The notes: a model not told the origin generated them from the letters alone. DNA of 64,000 nucleotides from Camelus ferus (GCF_009834535.1 NC_045732.1:22506001-22570000); one strand, 5' to 3'. Positions 10,646-25,160 are shown, counted from the first letter of the stretch. Made by a program: numbers and translations.

Positions 10646-12832
10646 AAGTGACTGAAGACAGTGATCATAAACCCGTGAACCCTTCCCTAGGTTCTAACAG
10701 AGTAGAGGAGCTGTAATTCTCATGCAGATAGAGAGATTCATGTTCCTCTTTTTAACATTCCTACATCTACTCGTGATGAACTGGTTAAAATGTTTCTCTT
10801 GAGTTTTGACATCCACAAGGGAAGCGTTATATAGTTATAACGGGAGAAGTCTGACCTCAGTGAACATGCTAATTGGTCCATGAGGAGAGGACCTGTTGGA
10901 TCCTCAACTCATAAACATGGGCTTGGCCATGGCCACCCATTCTCTGGGCAGTACGTACCCTCCTGTTCATACTTGGCTGTACCGAGAAGACAAGAGGGGA
11001 AAGGGTAGCTAACCAACGTCTTTGATCACCAGACACATTCCTGCTGAAACAAGCCCAGGAATAGAGCTTCTGGCTATCAGGCAGAATCTGTTACCTGCCT
11101 GTTCTCCCCCTGGTTTGTTTTTTGTTTCTCCGATCCTTGAATGTTGACTGCACCCAGCTGAAGCTGGGACTCGTGTCTAGCCATCCAGGATTAAGGTACA
11201 CCATACTCCTTTCTAGAGTAACTTCTTTTCCCATTGTGGCCTTTGATCTGCATTTTAACTTAAGGGCTCCCACACATTCCTGTCTGAAGCATTCAATAAA
11301 CATTTGAGTGAGCCGCAATCCCTGCCCCCAACCCAATTTCAGTTCAGTACCTTGAGTCTCAACTCTGGCCTCTCCTGACTGGCCCAATCTCTGACTTGAA
11401 TGAGCTCTTGAAGAACAGTCCATGTTTTGAACTCTGCCAAACAGAATTTTACAATGAGTTTACTACCTTACCAATTTCACATTATTTTTACTAATCTCTT
11501 TGGGGTAGAGCGCTCTAACTCTCCCGGGGTGCTAAGATTGCTAACTCTTACTCAGAGTGGAGGGAAATAGAAAATCTTCTTTGTGAAATCTACTTTTGCT
11601 ATTTATTAGAAACCACTTGTCGAGAATGCTGAGTGTAAGAGGCTGGTGATGTTACCCCTTAGCTGGCCCATCGACAGTAAGGCTCTGGGTGAGCTACCAA
11701 AGGCATCAGGCGTCAACACACTCTCCTTAAGGCCTCACCAAGCATATGGGGGCCTGGTCTGGAATAAGATCTCCTATTTGGACAGAGCTGTTCTCTGGAT
11801 GAGATGGTCATTCAAAGTCTCACCATAGGTTCTTTGATTGCAGAGTGGCTGACAGACTTCTCTCATCTGAATAATGGGGCAGTATTTACTCTCATAAACG
11901 ATTATTTTGTTACCAGTTGAAGCCCTAAGAAAAGAGCAGTTTTCATGTAAGAAGCTCCATTCGAATTGTGCTAAGGTGACAATAATTATCTCCAACTTTA
12001 GAAATAATTACACTGTTATATTAAGCTGTCACTAGGGACGTGTCGAAGGCTTCTGTATCCATCGCCGTGTTGCCGTCATTAACATGTTTATTTTGTTTGA
12101 GGTCTAGCAAATTCTGTTTGGACAAGAATGCCAGGAACAATAAAAGTAGCATTGGCTTAACTTAGAGTTTCTTACACAGACGCAAACAGCAAAACTGCTC
12201 AGTTGCCCCAAACCCAAATTGACGAGGCCTTTTCTCTCTTGTATTTTCCAATTACCTGTTAAATAGAGCATCAGTGTAACTGCAAGGTGCCTAGGCCTGC
12301 TCTGTGCCAGGGGGTAGGATTCGCTGTTGCCAGCATTCTAGCCGTTCTCAAAGGCTGCTCTGTGATTTGGACTCGATCAGTGGTTTTCAATCCTGTCACA
12401 CATCTCCTAGGGAACTCTTTAAAAAAGACTTCCCAGACATCAGCTGACGGAATGGAACTGAAATGGGACTCAGAACTTGGAGATTCTGATGTGGCCAGGT
12501 TGAGACTCCCTGGGCTATTGTTCATACTCAACTCAAGGAACAGAGTGAGCCTTTGAGAGAACTGGATTCAAAGAGGTTGACAATCAATGCCTTTTGTAGC
12601 AAAGGTGAGAACTGGTGTGCCAAGCAGCTTTGACAGGGAAAAGGTCTAGATATTATTTTGTTATGTTCTTATCCAAAGAGAGACGATTATGTTGATGGCA
12701 GTGTCATCGGTGGGCAGAGGGCAAAGGATTCATTTTAAGACTACCAGTGAGAAATGACGAGGGTACCGTCAAGCACCCAGCCCAGTGACTGGTGAAAATG
12801 GGCATTTGATGTTAGTTAAAAAAAAATTCAAC

Positions 12833-12985
12833 AGCTATTGCTGTCCGATACAGTCACCACAGCCACAGATGGCTATTTAAATTTAAGTGAATACAAATCA
12901 AAAATTCAGTTCCTCAGTTGAACTAGCCACAGTTTAAGGGCATAGGTGGCTAGTGGTGACCATACTGGACAACAAAGATAGACCA
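12833..12985. mobile_element. hAT-Charlie MITE (MER3/MER33-like)
   Basis: gctgtccgatacagtcaccacagccacagatggctatttaaatt...aaaattcagttcctcagttgaactagccaca...gtggctagtggtgaccatactggaca. Confidence 0.8.
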
Positions 12986-13989
12986 CATTCCCGCTGTCAG
13001 AGTTCCCGTGGTGGGCGGTGGTCTCCAGAAACCCTTCCCGGAGGCAGCCCTCCTACGGGACGCTTTATGATACACTCATGTGATCAGAGAGGACGCCTCT
13101 GGGTTATTATGAAGTGAACACCTGAAAATATCAGCAGAGAATAGCTGTGAACATGCACTGTTAAGTCATGGGAAAGAATTTTGAAATGAAGGACAAGGAA
13201 GTAAAAACAGACACCAGAGTAAGTGCTCTGTAGCAGCCTCACGGAACCACACTCTTGAGTGAGGGGCTCTTTGTGAGTCTAAACTGTACTTACTTTCTGA
13301 GTTTCCAAACAGGGCAGGAGTGGCTGCTACGAGAATGTTCTTCCCCAGTTGTGAATGATGCGTTAGCACAGTGACTGACTGTTGGTAAAATACAGATGGA
13401 CAATTAAAAAATTGTCACTTTCAAGAGTCGCTGATTTGGTATTATTTGGGCAAAATACATCACAACATGAAAGCAGCTGATTAGTAACTGCTTCCCATTT
13501 CAGGTTTTAAGACGTGCCCTAAAACATCAGACCTGGAAAGAACCTTGGAACCATGCAGGCCAACTCCCTAATTTAATAAATGAGGAAACTTAAGCACCAT
13601 TAACAGCTAGCTGGTAGCAGAACCAAGGCAGATGTGCTGATTTCCTGACATTAACACTCTCCAGGAATCATTCAAACCCAAGTTTTTTGCCTCAAATATT
13701 TCAGAAGTTTTGTTTTTTCGTGATAAGTACACAAGACAGCAGTTAGGGGCTCTCAAATTTTTAAAAAAGCACACCTTCCCCACTGAATGTTTAGTAAAAG
13801 AATGACACATCGGTAAATAATATGAAGACTCCATCTCTTATTCAGGAAGTTTCTAACTGCACTCAAGTGTCTTTGGAGGCACTGGGTTCTGGTGCAGGTG
13901 CTGCACCAGCTCCTCAGAAAAGACCATGGGAACCAATAGCCCTTGAATTGAAAATGTCGTTTTTTATCTTCTGCATATTCCATATGACA

Positions 13990-14150
13990 GCAGATCCCAA
14001 CATAGATTTTTTTAAAGGACTGCCCTGGAGCATTTGTTAAAATAAAGATTCCGAGGCCTCCACCCCAGAGTATCTGAATCAGCAGAGCTGAGGCAGAGAC
14101 CAGGAATCTGCATTTAACCAGCATCTCAGGTAATTCTGGTGTAGGTGGTC
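13990..14150. mobile_element. hAT-Charlie MITE (MER5-like)
   Basis: tgttaaaataaagattccgaggcctccaccccagagtatctgaatcag...aggaatctgcatttaaccagcatctcaggtaattctg. Confidence 0.75.
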
Positions 14151-14156
14151 CACCGC

Positions 14157-14285
14157 CAGTCAAGCCCAGTTTGCCTGGGACAGTCCCGGTTTACACCTGT
14201 TTATGTGGTTTACAGCATAATTATTAATAGTGCTCTTTCTCCCTGTCAAAAGTGTGCTGGCTTGGACAATACATTATATGGTCCC
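14157..14285. mobile_element. hAT MITE (MER96B-like)
   Basis: gtttgcctgggacagtcccggtttacacctgtt...cataattattaatag...ttggacaatacattatatggtccc. Confidence 0.65.
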
Positions 14286-17200
14286 CATTCCTCGATCCAT
14301 GGATCGTGTTTTGAAATAATACCATTTTAACAGTTTACTGTTAAGCAGTTCCTTTATGTTGCCAATAGGCTATTCCCCCAAAAGATGAGCTCAATGTTCC
14401 CTGCCACCGAGAAGCCAAAGAACCTGTTTTCGCTTTGATCAATCATAAGAATTTTGAAAAGTACCCTTGTCCATTCCCAGCAACTTGCAAAGGTGCTTGG
14501 TGCAGTTCATGTACTGAATTTTAGAAACTGAGCAAGCGGAAGGCGAAGCTTACAGGTGGGAGGGATGAGACTACAGACAAGAACTCAGGAAAAGACCACA
14601 CTGACGCCCAGTGAAACACAACTACCACTTTATTGTTTGACGGTTGTGGTACAGAATTGTCCACGTGCTTCAGGACTACTTTGGCTATGACACACACCAC
14701 AGATGGCTCCACGACTGATGGAGAACATTATCTGAGCCACACACTTCCCTGGTTGTTTTTCCAACAATCACAAAAATACTTTTCTCCACGGAATGCAGAG
14801 CGACAAATGACCTCAAACCAAAGTCATCCTTCACTTGTGACAGTGTGCACCAGTCAGGCCACAGAACAGCACAGAACACGCAGGGCCGGGCTTCACTCTA
14901 TGAACCACAAGGCAGCTTGTGAACGCTGGACACGCGTGTACATTTCACTGTAACTAAGCTGACAGCTGCCCAAAGTGAAATCAGGTCAGATTTGGACTTA
15001 GGGTTACAAACACTGTAATGAACTTTCATTTCATATATAAGTTAGTCTTTTTCTCTTGTTAAATCAGCTATCATTTCCGGTTGAGACACTGCTTTTATGA
15101 GTCTAGGAGTTACAATGAAAAATCAGCCAAGTGACTTTACATTTAAATGCAACATTAAATATGTCCGCAATGGCATATTTCACTCCGCGCTGATTTTTCT
15201 TATTTGGTTTAAGCATTTCTTAAGTATTCACAGCTTGTGTTCTAAATCTGGAAAATATTGAAGTTACAAGCACTCATGTACTTTTGTGAGGATGCATATA
15301 AACCTGAAGCAGCAATTACAACCTCAAATGACTTTATCACCAAGGAACTCTGCAGGGACCAGGGTTAGCCAGAATGCTGAAGTGGTAGGTTCTACACTCC
15401 CAAACCGTGTGTCACGTTGTCCAGGACGGACTCAAGCCCAGCCCAGGTGTTAAATCAGAGTGCAGCGCTCAGTTCCAGTGCAACGCAGCAAGAGGAGCGA
15501 ATAATAACGATGAACGTATCGGAAACAAAGGAAGACGCAACAGAACTCAATTCCTCTGACACTGAATACAGCCAACTTGCATTTTTTAAAGTACATAATA
15601 ATACTTTATACTTTCTAGGTAAATCTTGACTTTCTGGGTAAACCTTAGCTGTCTACTCAGAGCCAAGATGCATTTAGTTTGGTCTAGTCTGAAAAAGAAT
15701 TGTAAGTACAAGCACAACTTACAGACTCACGTGCCAGCTCTAACAGGAACTTTTAAAATTGAAAAGCAAGATATCAAAGGACTTTATGTGATGTTGTCCC
15801 CAGGAAGTTACACAGGCAGCTAGAGAAAAAAGGGAGCAAATACAGGATCTGGCAAGCCCCTTCTTTTTGACATTTTATGCTGGTTATGACAGCCGGACAC
15901 AACCTGCCTCCTGACGGCGCTCGGCGAGCCCAGGTGTCAGGCCTGTAGTCCGGCCTGCTCCCTCTCTGATGGCGGGCAGTTTCCAGGGTTTCAGACCCCT
16001 ACAGTGACAGGCTTTAGCTGTAATTATTCTAAAACATTTGTTCAAATGAAACACGGGGGATAGTAACCTCAGCAGTTTTAGATAAAGGCACAAGCCAGTT
16101 CTTCATGTAAATACAGTGCCTTTTAAAATACTGATTGCGGTTTCCCATGGATATAAGCGTTCAAATGAGAAAAGAAAATGGAATTTGGAAGAAAGAGGTG
16201 CCATGATGTAGTCTAAACAGCAATGTAACATTTTATGCCCACCCTGCCTGTTTCCGCCAACTGCTCGGTTCACTCCTCTTATCCATCGAGCGCGGCTAAA
16301 CGGCAAATGCCTGTGACTTCCAATCAGATGTAACTTCTGTCATTGCCTTTTTAATGTCGAGCATATATGAAGAGCCAAAACAGTTAGAACTGGATGTTAA
16401 GATTCTTGTTATTATCTTGCAAAAGGAATCTCAAGGTAAGACTATTTTAAAACATTAAGTGGTTCTGTTATTAGTAAGAATTCCACTCTAAAGTTGCCAT
16501 TTTCAACCCATTTGGAAGGCAAAGATGAACTGAAGAGCCATTAGAATTAGACATGTCTTTCGTTTGCTAACAGCAGGGCAAACATACTGCTTACAGTATA
16601 TGTGATCTTTGACAATTTGTGCTGTTTTGGCCCATCTGCAAAAGTTATGCACAGAATTCAAATTAGCAGGCCACTTTTAGGTTGGCCAAAGTTAGAATTA
16701 TTTAATAGAATGTTCTTTTAAGTGAAATTTTATCATCCCCCAAGGATTCAATTCCAATGGAAAACAGAATCCTCACTGAGAAGCCAAGAAGCAAAATCAT
16801 CAAACAAAATCAAATTGCAGGGTTTTTCTATGAAAATCTCAGGTAAGCATGATGAAGAGACCTTGGTACACCCACTAAACAAAGGACTTTTAGGTGGTAT
16901 TTATCATGAAAAAGCCTAAAGCACAGAGTCTGAGTGGTGACAAGGGCGAGGCTCAAGTTTCTCGGGTAATCTTGTATTCCCGAGGTAACAATACTTGTGA
17001 AACTCTAGCTCTAGAAATTTTGACAAGAATGATCAGATCTGAGCATACCAGGATAGACCTTCAGAGATTTCCATGGGGATTCTTACCAAAGGGTATTCCC
17101 TGAGACATGGAAGGGTCGTGAAAATGTAATTCTCTGAGTACAGAAAAATATAACTTCTACAATCAATTCAATCTCTTCACTTCTTCCTTTAAAGAAATTA

Positions 17201-17598
17201 CTAAAATAAAAAGATATATCATCATCGTCTAAACTCTCCTGTTTTACCTTTTCTTAAAAAAAAAGTCATTTTATTTATGGAGACGCCAGGCATGGGCGGG
17301 ATGCTTTCATATACATTCTCTATCCTAATACCTCTCTTAAAATATCACTCCTTTAAAGGTACAGAAATAAAGATATGGTTTTTAGAATTGGAACAAACTT
17401 AGTGGAATCCTCAAATAATTAGCTGCATTTTACAGAAAGCAATCATAATTCTTCACTTTTGGAAACTGTCACATGAAAAAGGTAAGCAAACTTACTGGAA
17501 TCTGAAAGTGATGAGAACTTTTAAAGAATGCAATCGCAATTTTGCACGTGTGGAAAACATGATGTGAAAAACAAATCTGAAATACCTCTCTATGTAAA

Positions 17599-17753
17599 NN
17601 NNNNNNNNNNNNNNNNNNNNNNNNNNNNNNNNNNNNNNNNNNNNNNNNNNNNNNNNNNNNNNNNNNNNNNNNNNNNNNNNNNNNNNNNNNNNNNNNNNNN
17701 NNNNNNNNNNNNNNNNNNNNNNNNNNNNNNNNNNNNNNNNNNNNNNNNNNNNN
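17599..17753. other. Assembly gap (155 N)
   Basis: N run. Confidence 1.
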
Positions 17754-20296
17754 CCTCTCCATAGATGAATTTTATTTTGAACTACAATCTGACAAAAACC
17801 TAACTACATTTAATTATGCTTGATTAATCCAAATGTCACTGAGAGATTTATAGAACAGAGAAAAACTTTTCAGGTTAAGTTCGTACTCTTTTCCCCGCAA
17901 GATTCCTGGATCCGCTATTACCACAAAATCTCCTCAGTTCTCTAACCTTTAAAAAAAAATCCCACAGAAAGTTTTCCCAATTGTCCACACTGGATTATGG
18001 GACTCCAAGCATCAAGCCCTACCACTTATCCTCTTCAACAGATATGCAGACTCCATCAAGGTTGGAAATCACCATTTTAAATTGGGATGGGAACCGCCCC
18101 TGCAGAGTCGGCAGTGCTGGAGGGAAGAGGATACAGAGACAGGAAGGCAAAAACTATTACTGATTTATTAAACACTGCGAGGATATTAATGAGACATAAG
18201 GGGTGGGCTTTCTTTTAATGCAGGCACTTAACAGTATCAGACATTTGTTCAGAGGCTTTCAGTAGTGATGCCCTAAGGTGCTTTCATTTATATGGAAATA
18301 AGTCAATTTAAAGAATGACAAATTGGCTCTACCCATGGGAATCATTCAAAGCATCCCATCTCTTGCTCTGGCAGTCTACCCTCCCTGGGGTAGACAGGCA
18401 TGTGTCAGAGAACCAAAGTGTCCTCCCCGGCTTTGCTGCTCCCTCCGAGGGAGTGAGACTGCCACCAAGAACCACCCATGTCACAATATGAGTAGCTCTC
18501 CTTGTCCCAGCTGCACTGACCCCATCACCGGGATCATGGGCAATTCAAGTCCAGGTTTTAGAGACAGAGGGAAAGGCAGAAACAAAGGTTTCTCAAGGAT
18601 TCTGTGACTACAATATTGCTGTCATTTGATCTTGTTCACCTTGGTGAGAAGGGACCGTGAACACAGCTAACGCCAACCTACAGACATGAGAGGCAAAGTT
18701 TTCTTGGAGAATCCTTTCCTCCACCTCCCCAACCAGTTTGCAAGCGCTAAAGAGGGTCTTTCCTCCTGACAAGCAGCTATTTTCACTCCAGCACCATCAG
18801 TCAGATGCTGGAAGTGGGAAGAATTGGTTTAAATACTGATTTCTGAAGTTCTAAAAAGACACATCCAGAACCTGCTGTAATTGCATCTTTGTTATGAGGA
18901 AACAGCAGCCCACATCATTCAGTGCAATTTGACGGGAAAAGCTGGCTCCTCTCATCTGACCGCGGCTCCCCGCGGGTCGGTGAGACAACGAAGCACAATG
19001 AGCTCAGTCCGCTCATGGACCCAGCGTCGCAGCGCGGCCCGCGGCAGGGCCGGTGCAGAGCCCCGCGGAGCCCCTCCGGGAAGACGGGCTCTCCAGATGC
19101 AGAGGAACACAGACAAAGGACAGAAGAACTCAGGACTCACCAGTGCTTCCTCACCTAAGGAACACACCCGTCCACGGTGAAAACAACATTCACAGGGTTT
19201 GCCCCCGCCCCCTACTCCCCCCTTGCAACCCCCTTCCTGCCTTTTTCTCCCAACTGTACTAAAAACTGCCCTTGGTGAGTGTCTCATCTGACTCCCCCAC
19301 CAGCTCCGTGAGTCAGGGGGGTCCGTCGCTGTGATCAACACCCCGCACCCAGCCCCGTGCGGTTTCTAGTGCATTGGAGACAGTCGCTATTATTGAAAGC
19401 GAGGAACACATGTGGCTTTCCTTTCCACGACTCCTCCATCTACCCTCTTCCCTTCATTCGTCCTGTACGGGTGGTGCCTCTTTCATTCTGCATCTCACGA
19501 CAGGGCAGACCCAGGGCAAAGACTGACCTGAGGGAAAGGCACTGCGCAGAGTGGAGTGTGGGGCACACAGGGAGGCTGTCACTCGCACTCCCTGATCAGG
19601 GCACTCAGCTCTGAAGGTGAGAAAAGTGTGCCCAGTGGGACACACTGGCCACTGAGGACAGGAGGCTTCTATCCTACAATGAGGCCAAATAAAACCCCTA
19701 AGCTGTGATCCCCTGTAAATGAAACTACGATGTGTTCGCTTCTATAGTCAGTCCCAGACCCAGAAACCATCTCAGTGTGTATTCATGAATATCAAACAGA
19801 ATCCTGATGAGGACTTAACGCCTTTCTATTTTTTGATGAACCAAATTTGAAAATGGGTTGACTGAAAAGACCGGTAAGAAAACCTGTGTCCCAGAACAGC
19901 TCTCACAGGGTTACCACCCTCAGGGGGGGGCAGCTCAACTAGAAACCTGTTAACACAAAATAATTCATACTTCTCTTGATAACTCTGATTATGTGCTAGC
20001 TTGAAATATCCCATCATATTTAATTAACTAATAAATCATTGTCGGTGCCTGGTAACTTCTTAAGTTCATTAAAATGTCACATCTTCCATTTTCAAACCAG
20101 AAGGTCCAGATTTCTCTAATCAATGGAACAGGATCTCAAGTTAAAAGTTATCTTTCCAAGGAGAACAATAAACAAAAATCCTGTATTAAGTTATTAACGG
20201 TTCTTTCCTGCAAGTGATATTGGTTTCATCTATTTACGAGCACATAGCTGCTGATTAGGAAGGACATTATCTTCAAAGTCAATGTTTAAGCACCTG

Positions 20297-22010
20297 GACT
20301 GCGGGGAAGATGGCAGAATGAGTGCATGTTTATACAAGTGCTCCTGCCCTTCAACACACACATCCACAAGCTGAAAAAGAAGCTGCCTACGATGAAACTA
20401 ATAAAAGCCACCACCCCATAGTGAGGACTCCAGGGGAGTGTCTGACAACCAAGTGGAGGACTAATGAAAAGAGGATTCGCAGGTGTCTAGTGGGCCACAG
20501 TTGCTGGGCAGCTGTGGTGGAGACGGTTCCAAAGGATGCTACCAATTATGTCTTAATTTGGAGAAACAAAGCCCAGCGGCAGTCAGGATGAGCTGAGGGT
20601 ACACTGCGTGGTCACATTTCCAGAAGCAAAACCTAGGAGGAAAGGTTGGCATCTCAGGTGGTCCCTTTTTGCGCAGAGGAGAGCAAAAGTCACTCGGAGC
20701 CAAACACACAGACTACATAGAATCCAGCAGAGCAGAAGGACAAACTCACCACACGCCTGCTAGGGAGACCTCTAATGGACGTGGGGAAACTCAAGGGACG
20801 TCCCTCTCCCTCAGTGGGACCCCAGGGCAGAGGAATCAACAGTGTCCACAGAAGGCACTCGGAGGAGGCTTTGCTTCACTCCTTCAGCCAGGTCCAGAGA
20901 ACAGAATGAAAAAGAGCCTCTGCCATTATAACCTATCGATATCCAGCCTTATGGTTCAAGGGCTCAGGTGATCAAACACTTACCACTTGAAAGAGGAGGC
21001 ATCAAGGAGGATTTATCCACACCCTTCTTGGTAGATAGAACTGGTCCCATGCAAAGACCAGACAATAAGCCGAAAAAGCCATTGCGATGCTTGTGCAACA
21101 ATAAAAGAACAAAACAACACGGAAAGAAAGGGGTGAAAGAAGCAAAAGACAGATATACACACCCTGGAAACAGGATGATTTCAGAGACCACGAAAATGGT
21201 AGGCAACAGTTCAGCCTTCCAGGAAACGCAATGAGTCAAAGAGGACAACGCAATGAGAGGAAAAGCTGGCGGAGCTAAGGACAGAAAGAGAAAAAATAAA
21301 ACTGTAACAGAAGTGAAAGCCACACTGCACACTACAGCAAACAGTGTCAGCACAATGGAAGGGTAAGATCTGAGGAGCAAATCACACAGTGGGAAGGAGG
21401 ACCAGGAGACCAATGCGGTCAAAGGCTAGATGAATGTGAAGGACAGAGGACAGACAGCCAATAGAGGGGCAAACTGTTAAACTAGAGAACCAATAAACCA
21501 GTAAGAAATGTGGTAAGGTGCCGATGTCAATGTTGGATGCTCCTTGTGTACCTGAAAAAGCCGACAGGTAACTGTCAGCTCTGAGATATAGTTGAATGAA
21601 GTTAGTGCATTTCAAGGATAACCAGGAAATCACAAGCACTCAGGGCAAACAGGAAGGTCACCTACAAAAAGGGAGGAAAAATCTGGTTGGACTGAGCCCT
21701 CTCAGTACCAACAGATGCTAGAAGATAGTAGAGTGATGTCACCAAAGAACTGAGGGAAAAAAGATGTACCCTCAGAATCTGATCGCCAGCCAAGTTACTG
21801 TTCATAAGGGACAGCAGTAGAAAAACATTTGCAACTATGTGAGAAAATCCAACTGAAACTGTAATCCAGTCCACCAAAAGATAAAAGCATTGACTCTCAA
21901 ATATGGAGTCTTTGTATGAGGGAGCTGGCAGTGAGCTGTGAGTTCATTCAAACATAGAATTAAGTCTCAATAACTCTAGTAATTATCTACAGTCAGACAT
22001 TTTATAAAGC
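20297..22010 (+). mobile_element. HAL1-like (ORF1-only L1 derivative), decayed, 5' end retained
   Basis: L1-type 5' terminus ggaagatggcagaatgag; ORF1 C-terminal motifs (ggtcacctacaaaaagg, actgagggaaaaaagatgtaccctcagaat, cagccaagttactgttca) run straight into a HAL1-type 3' tract with no ORF2. Confidence 0.65.
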
Positions 22011-22681
22011 TGCCTATCTTTCTAGGTAAAAGCCACCAAATCTATTTGATTATCTCCTCTAACTAACTATGCCAAAATGAAAACACACAGAAGGCAACCT
22101 CTCCTGAATGGAATTCTCTGACACTATAGACAAAATTTGGTTTGTATCTTACCCTTGAGGGTTAACATAACCAAGAAATTCCTCAAAAGAGATAATGCTA
22201 ATTACCTGGTTCACTGTTGAGAGCTCGGGCTGAAGAACAAGACGACCCAATTACTCACTTTGGTTCCTCCATGCCACCTTGGCAAACGACTGAACTGCTT
22301 TGGAACTCAAATGAAAAACAGAAAACTGCATGGTCCACTTCTTGGCATCCTAAGGCTCAAATAGGATGCTGCGTGTGAAAGTTCTTTGGAATCTATAAGC
22401 AAGGGTATAAAATCACGTCACCTGATTGGATGGAAAGAACCTACTATATTAAGGAGTCCAAATCAGATATTCAGAGACAAAGAAAGGGTCAGATGGCTCC
22501 TGTGGAACCATCACTACTGCCTTTCTTTCGTTTCTCTCCATGTGCAAGTCACCTCTTACCACGATAAAAAGGAAATGCAGTATTTCCACAGCTCCTGACC
22601 TGAGTTATTTTTAATTTGGAAAGATAGTTTAAGAATTTAGAAAGGTGTTGCCCACCACCCAAGGTAAACATCTGTCAATTT

Positions 22682-22740
22682 CCATTCATTGATTCAGTTA
22701 ATACTTATTAGGCACCTACTATGTGCCAGGTACTACTTCA
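22682..22740 (-). mobile_element. L2 3' end
   Basis: cattcattgattcagttaatacttattaggcacctactatgtgccaggtact. Confidence 0.7.
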
Positions 22741-24500
22741 AAGAGTAGATGCCATCCCCAAATACTTAAAATAAAATCAAGTAAATGAGAGGAAAACACA
22801 GAAGAATTGGGAGAACTAAACAAATTTAGCTGAAAAACAGTTAATGGCTATTTATATTTCAACTGATATGTAGAAATGTGACTGTCTGCTTAGAGACAAA
22901 ACCCAGCAAATAGCCAGACGGTTACACCTAAGTCCAGAAGAGTCACATACAGTCAAAAAAGAAGCATAAATGAATACCTGGGGCAGCCAAACTGGGAACA
23001 CAGACTGTTGCTGAAATTCTTCTTATGGTTTCTTCGGAAGCAAAGTTAAATTCTTAATGCAGAAAGCAAAGACAGGAGAGGCAAGATTGTACTGGGGTCA
23101 GATGGATATGAATAATCTAGAAAGTGTGTCAGTAAAGAGCTACCAAGTCAGTCATTAAAACATTGAAAGAAATCTTTACTTTTGAAAAAGATCTGGAAAG
23201 GGAGGAACGTGCTAGGATTTTCCCTATCAGCTTTGCCAGCTTCAACCTTTACAGGGAGCCTGCTGTGAGCGCATCATGATCATGGGGCACTCCGCAGGCG
23301 CACACTAAAACGCTGCCAGAACAAGGCAGGAGGGAGCGCTCCTGAAGCTGCTGCCTCCGCCCCCTCCAGTGTGTTGTACTTGAAAGTGTAGAGGGCTATG
23401 GTTGGAAATGGAGGCCAAGTCAGATACTGATAGGCGATCTGACATTTATAAGAAAGCCGGGCTCTTTAAACACAAAGGGCTGTCATTTTTACATCTTTAC
23501 ACCACAAGGAAATCATCAGAGGAATCAGCCCCACTCCCAAGACACTGACTCAGTCCTCAAAAAACGGGCCTCCATGGGGACCAGCTCCTCCCCCATATCT
23601 TGGAAGCATGTTGGTCTTTTTCTTACCCAACTAATAAATATGAGTTCCCTCATGAGAGCCTTCTGAGGATGGAAGAGATGAGATCTTTCTAAAGATGAAG
23701 GAAGGACCATGAGCTCAGGTAACGTCATAAAATGAAACAATATCAGATTCAGTGGAACTAAGAGCAACAGAGCTGTCACCTACCCAAGCGCAGCTGGTCA
23801 GAGCCCAGCTCCATCTGGGGGAAAAGCCCCACTGTGATGGCAGCGGGGACAAGTGCATTGGTACTGTCGTAGGACTGAAGGAAGAGGACCACTGTACAAG
23901 TTACAGCTTCTCAATCATTGGGCTCAATACTTAAACACTGGATGGAAACATTTACATGGATGTTAAAAAAGGGCAGAAGTCAAAGTAGATGATATATATG
24001 AAAAAATACAGAGAAGATAAATGCATCCTGTGTAGCTCTACAGGTTGTGGATTTCCATCCGGACTCTCCAATAGCTTCCATTTCTCAGAGTAAATATAAC
24101 ACAGGCCCTCCTTCCTTACCCCAAGTCCTCTGCCAATTCCATCTTTCAGCAAAAAGTAAAGGATGGTGAAAATCAGCTTGACAATTCTAAGACTGGCTAA
24201 AATTCATGAAAATGTGAATTATGAAGCCCTAGGGTATTTTTCAAAATAAACCAGAAAGAACTTTTCTCTTCAACAGTCTATTTGACAACTAGTAAAGTGC
24301 ATCACACAGGGGCTTAGAAAACTGCAAAGGAGTACAGTATGACAAAGGGACAGTATTTGGTGGTAAAAATTTTTACATAAGGATAAACATGCCACTTCCC
24401 CCTCTTTGCAAACTTGATAATGACCAGAAGGTAGTTTTTCACTTAAGATCTTTGAAACCAAGCAGTTAAGTGTAAAATTCCAAGACAACTTTTGGAACGC

Positions 24501-24506
24501 TTTAAT
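24501..24506 (-). terminator. Candidate polyA signal (ATTAAA) for the PDK3 exon-12 isoform
   Basis: ATTAAA on - about 660 nt after the exon-12 stop, followed by gttgtcttgg. Confidence 0.3.
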
Positions 24507-25160
24507 CAATAGAATGGAAGTATACAAATGAATTTCAAAATGAAATCAATGCATCCAAGAGGAAGATCTAACACAAAAGTACCCACGCCTCACAATGAGA
24601 ATCCGATCGGATGGAAGAAGGCCAAAGTCTAAATCAGAGAGCAAGGAGGGATGCGCAAGAGAGAGGAAGGGCCCTGGGACCCGATTATCAAGACACGCTC
24701 AGCTGCTGTCTCCAACGTGCAGACTCCCAGGCCTTAGTTGGTGATTTGGGACAAACATGGTATTTGGTCACAAAGAGCAACAGCAGAGACCTGCTGTACC
24801 TGGAATGGGGTGCGGGAGCTTAGGAATCTGGGGAGACCGCAGACACTCAACTCCCTGGTAATGAGGAGAGAGGTCTGAGGACGCGAGCGTGCTGGCGGGC
24901 TCTGCGCCTGCCCACGACAGGCGCCCACCAGAGCAGGGCATCACACTACAAAAAATGACTCAGGTTACTACTTTAGTGGAAGATCTGCAGTTGCTACAGG
25001 AAACATCTGTGGAAAAGGTCCAGCTCATACGGAGAAAATACACATTCAAGCACTGGATTAAGTATGGTGTCACACTCAGAGTTGGTGGAGGAAAGTTCTT
25101 TCTGGTTGACTTGCAGAAGACAATCTCTTCTTCACAGAGAGGACTGAAGCATCCGGTTCT

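Noticed and set aside
10780-11060. Possible decayed ERVL-type LTR
   Set aside because: Only a vague resemblance; termini and TSD could not be defined.
12065-12255. Distal PDK3 terminal exon (acceptor taacag|GTAA would restore Q-stop; AATAAA at 12087-12092 on -)
   Set aside because: The polypyrimidine tract is weak, the same sequence reads equally well as a donor, there is no GU-rich downstream element, and there is no independent support.
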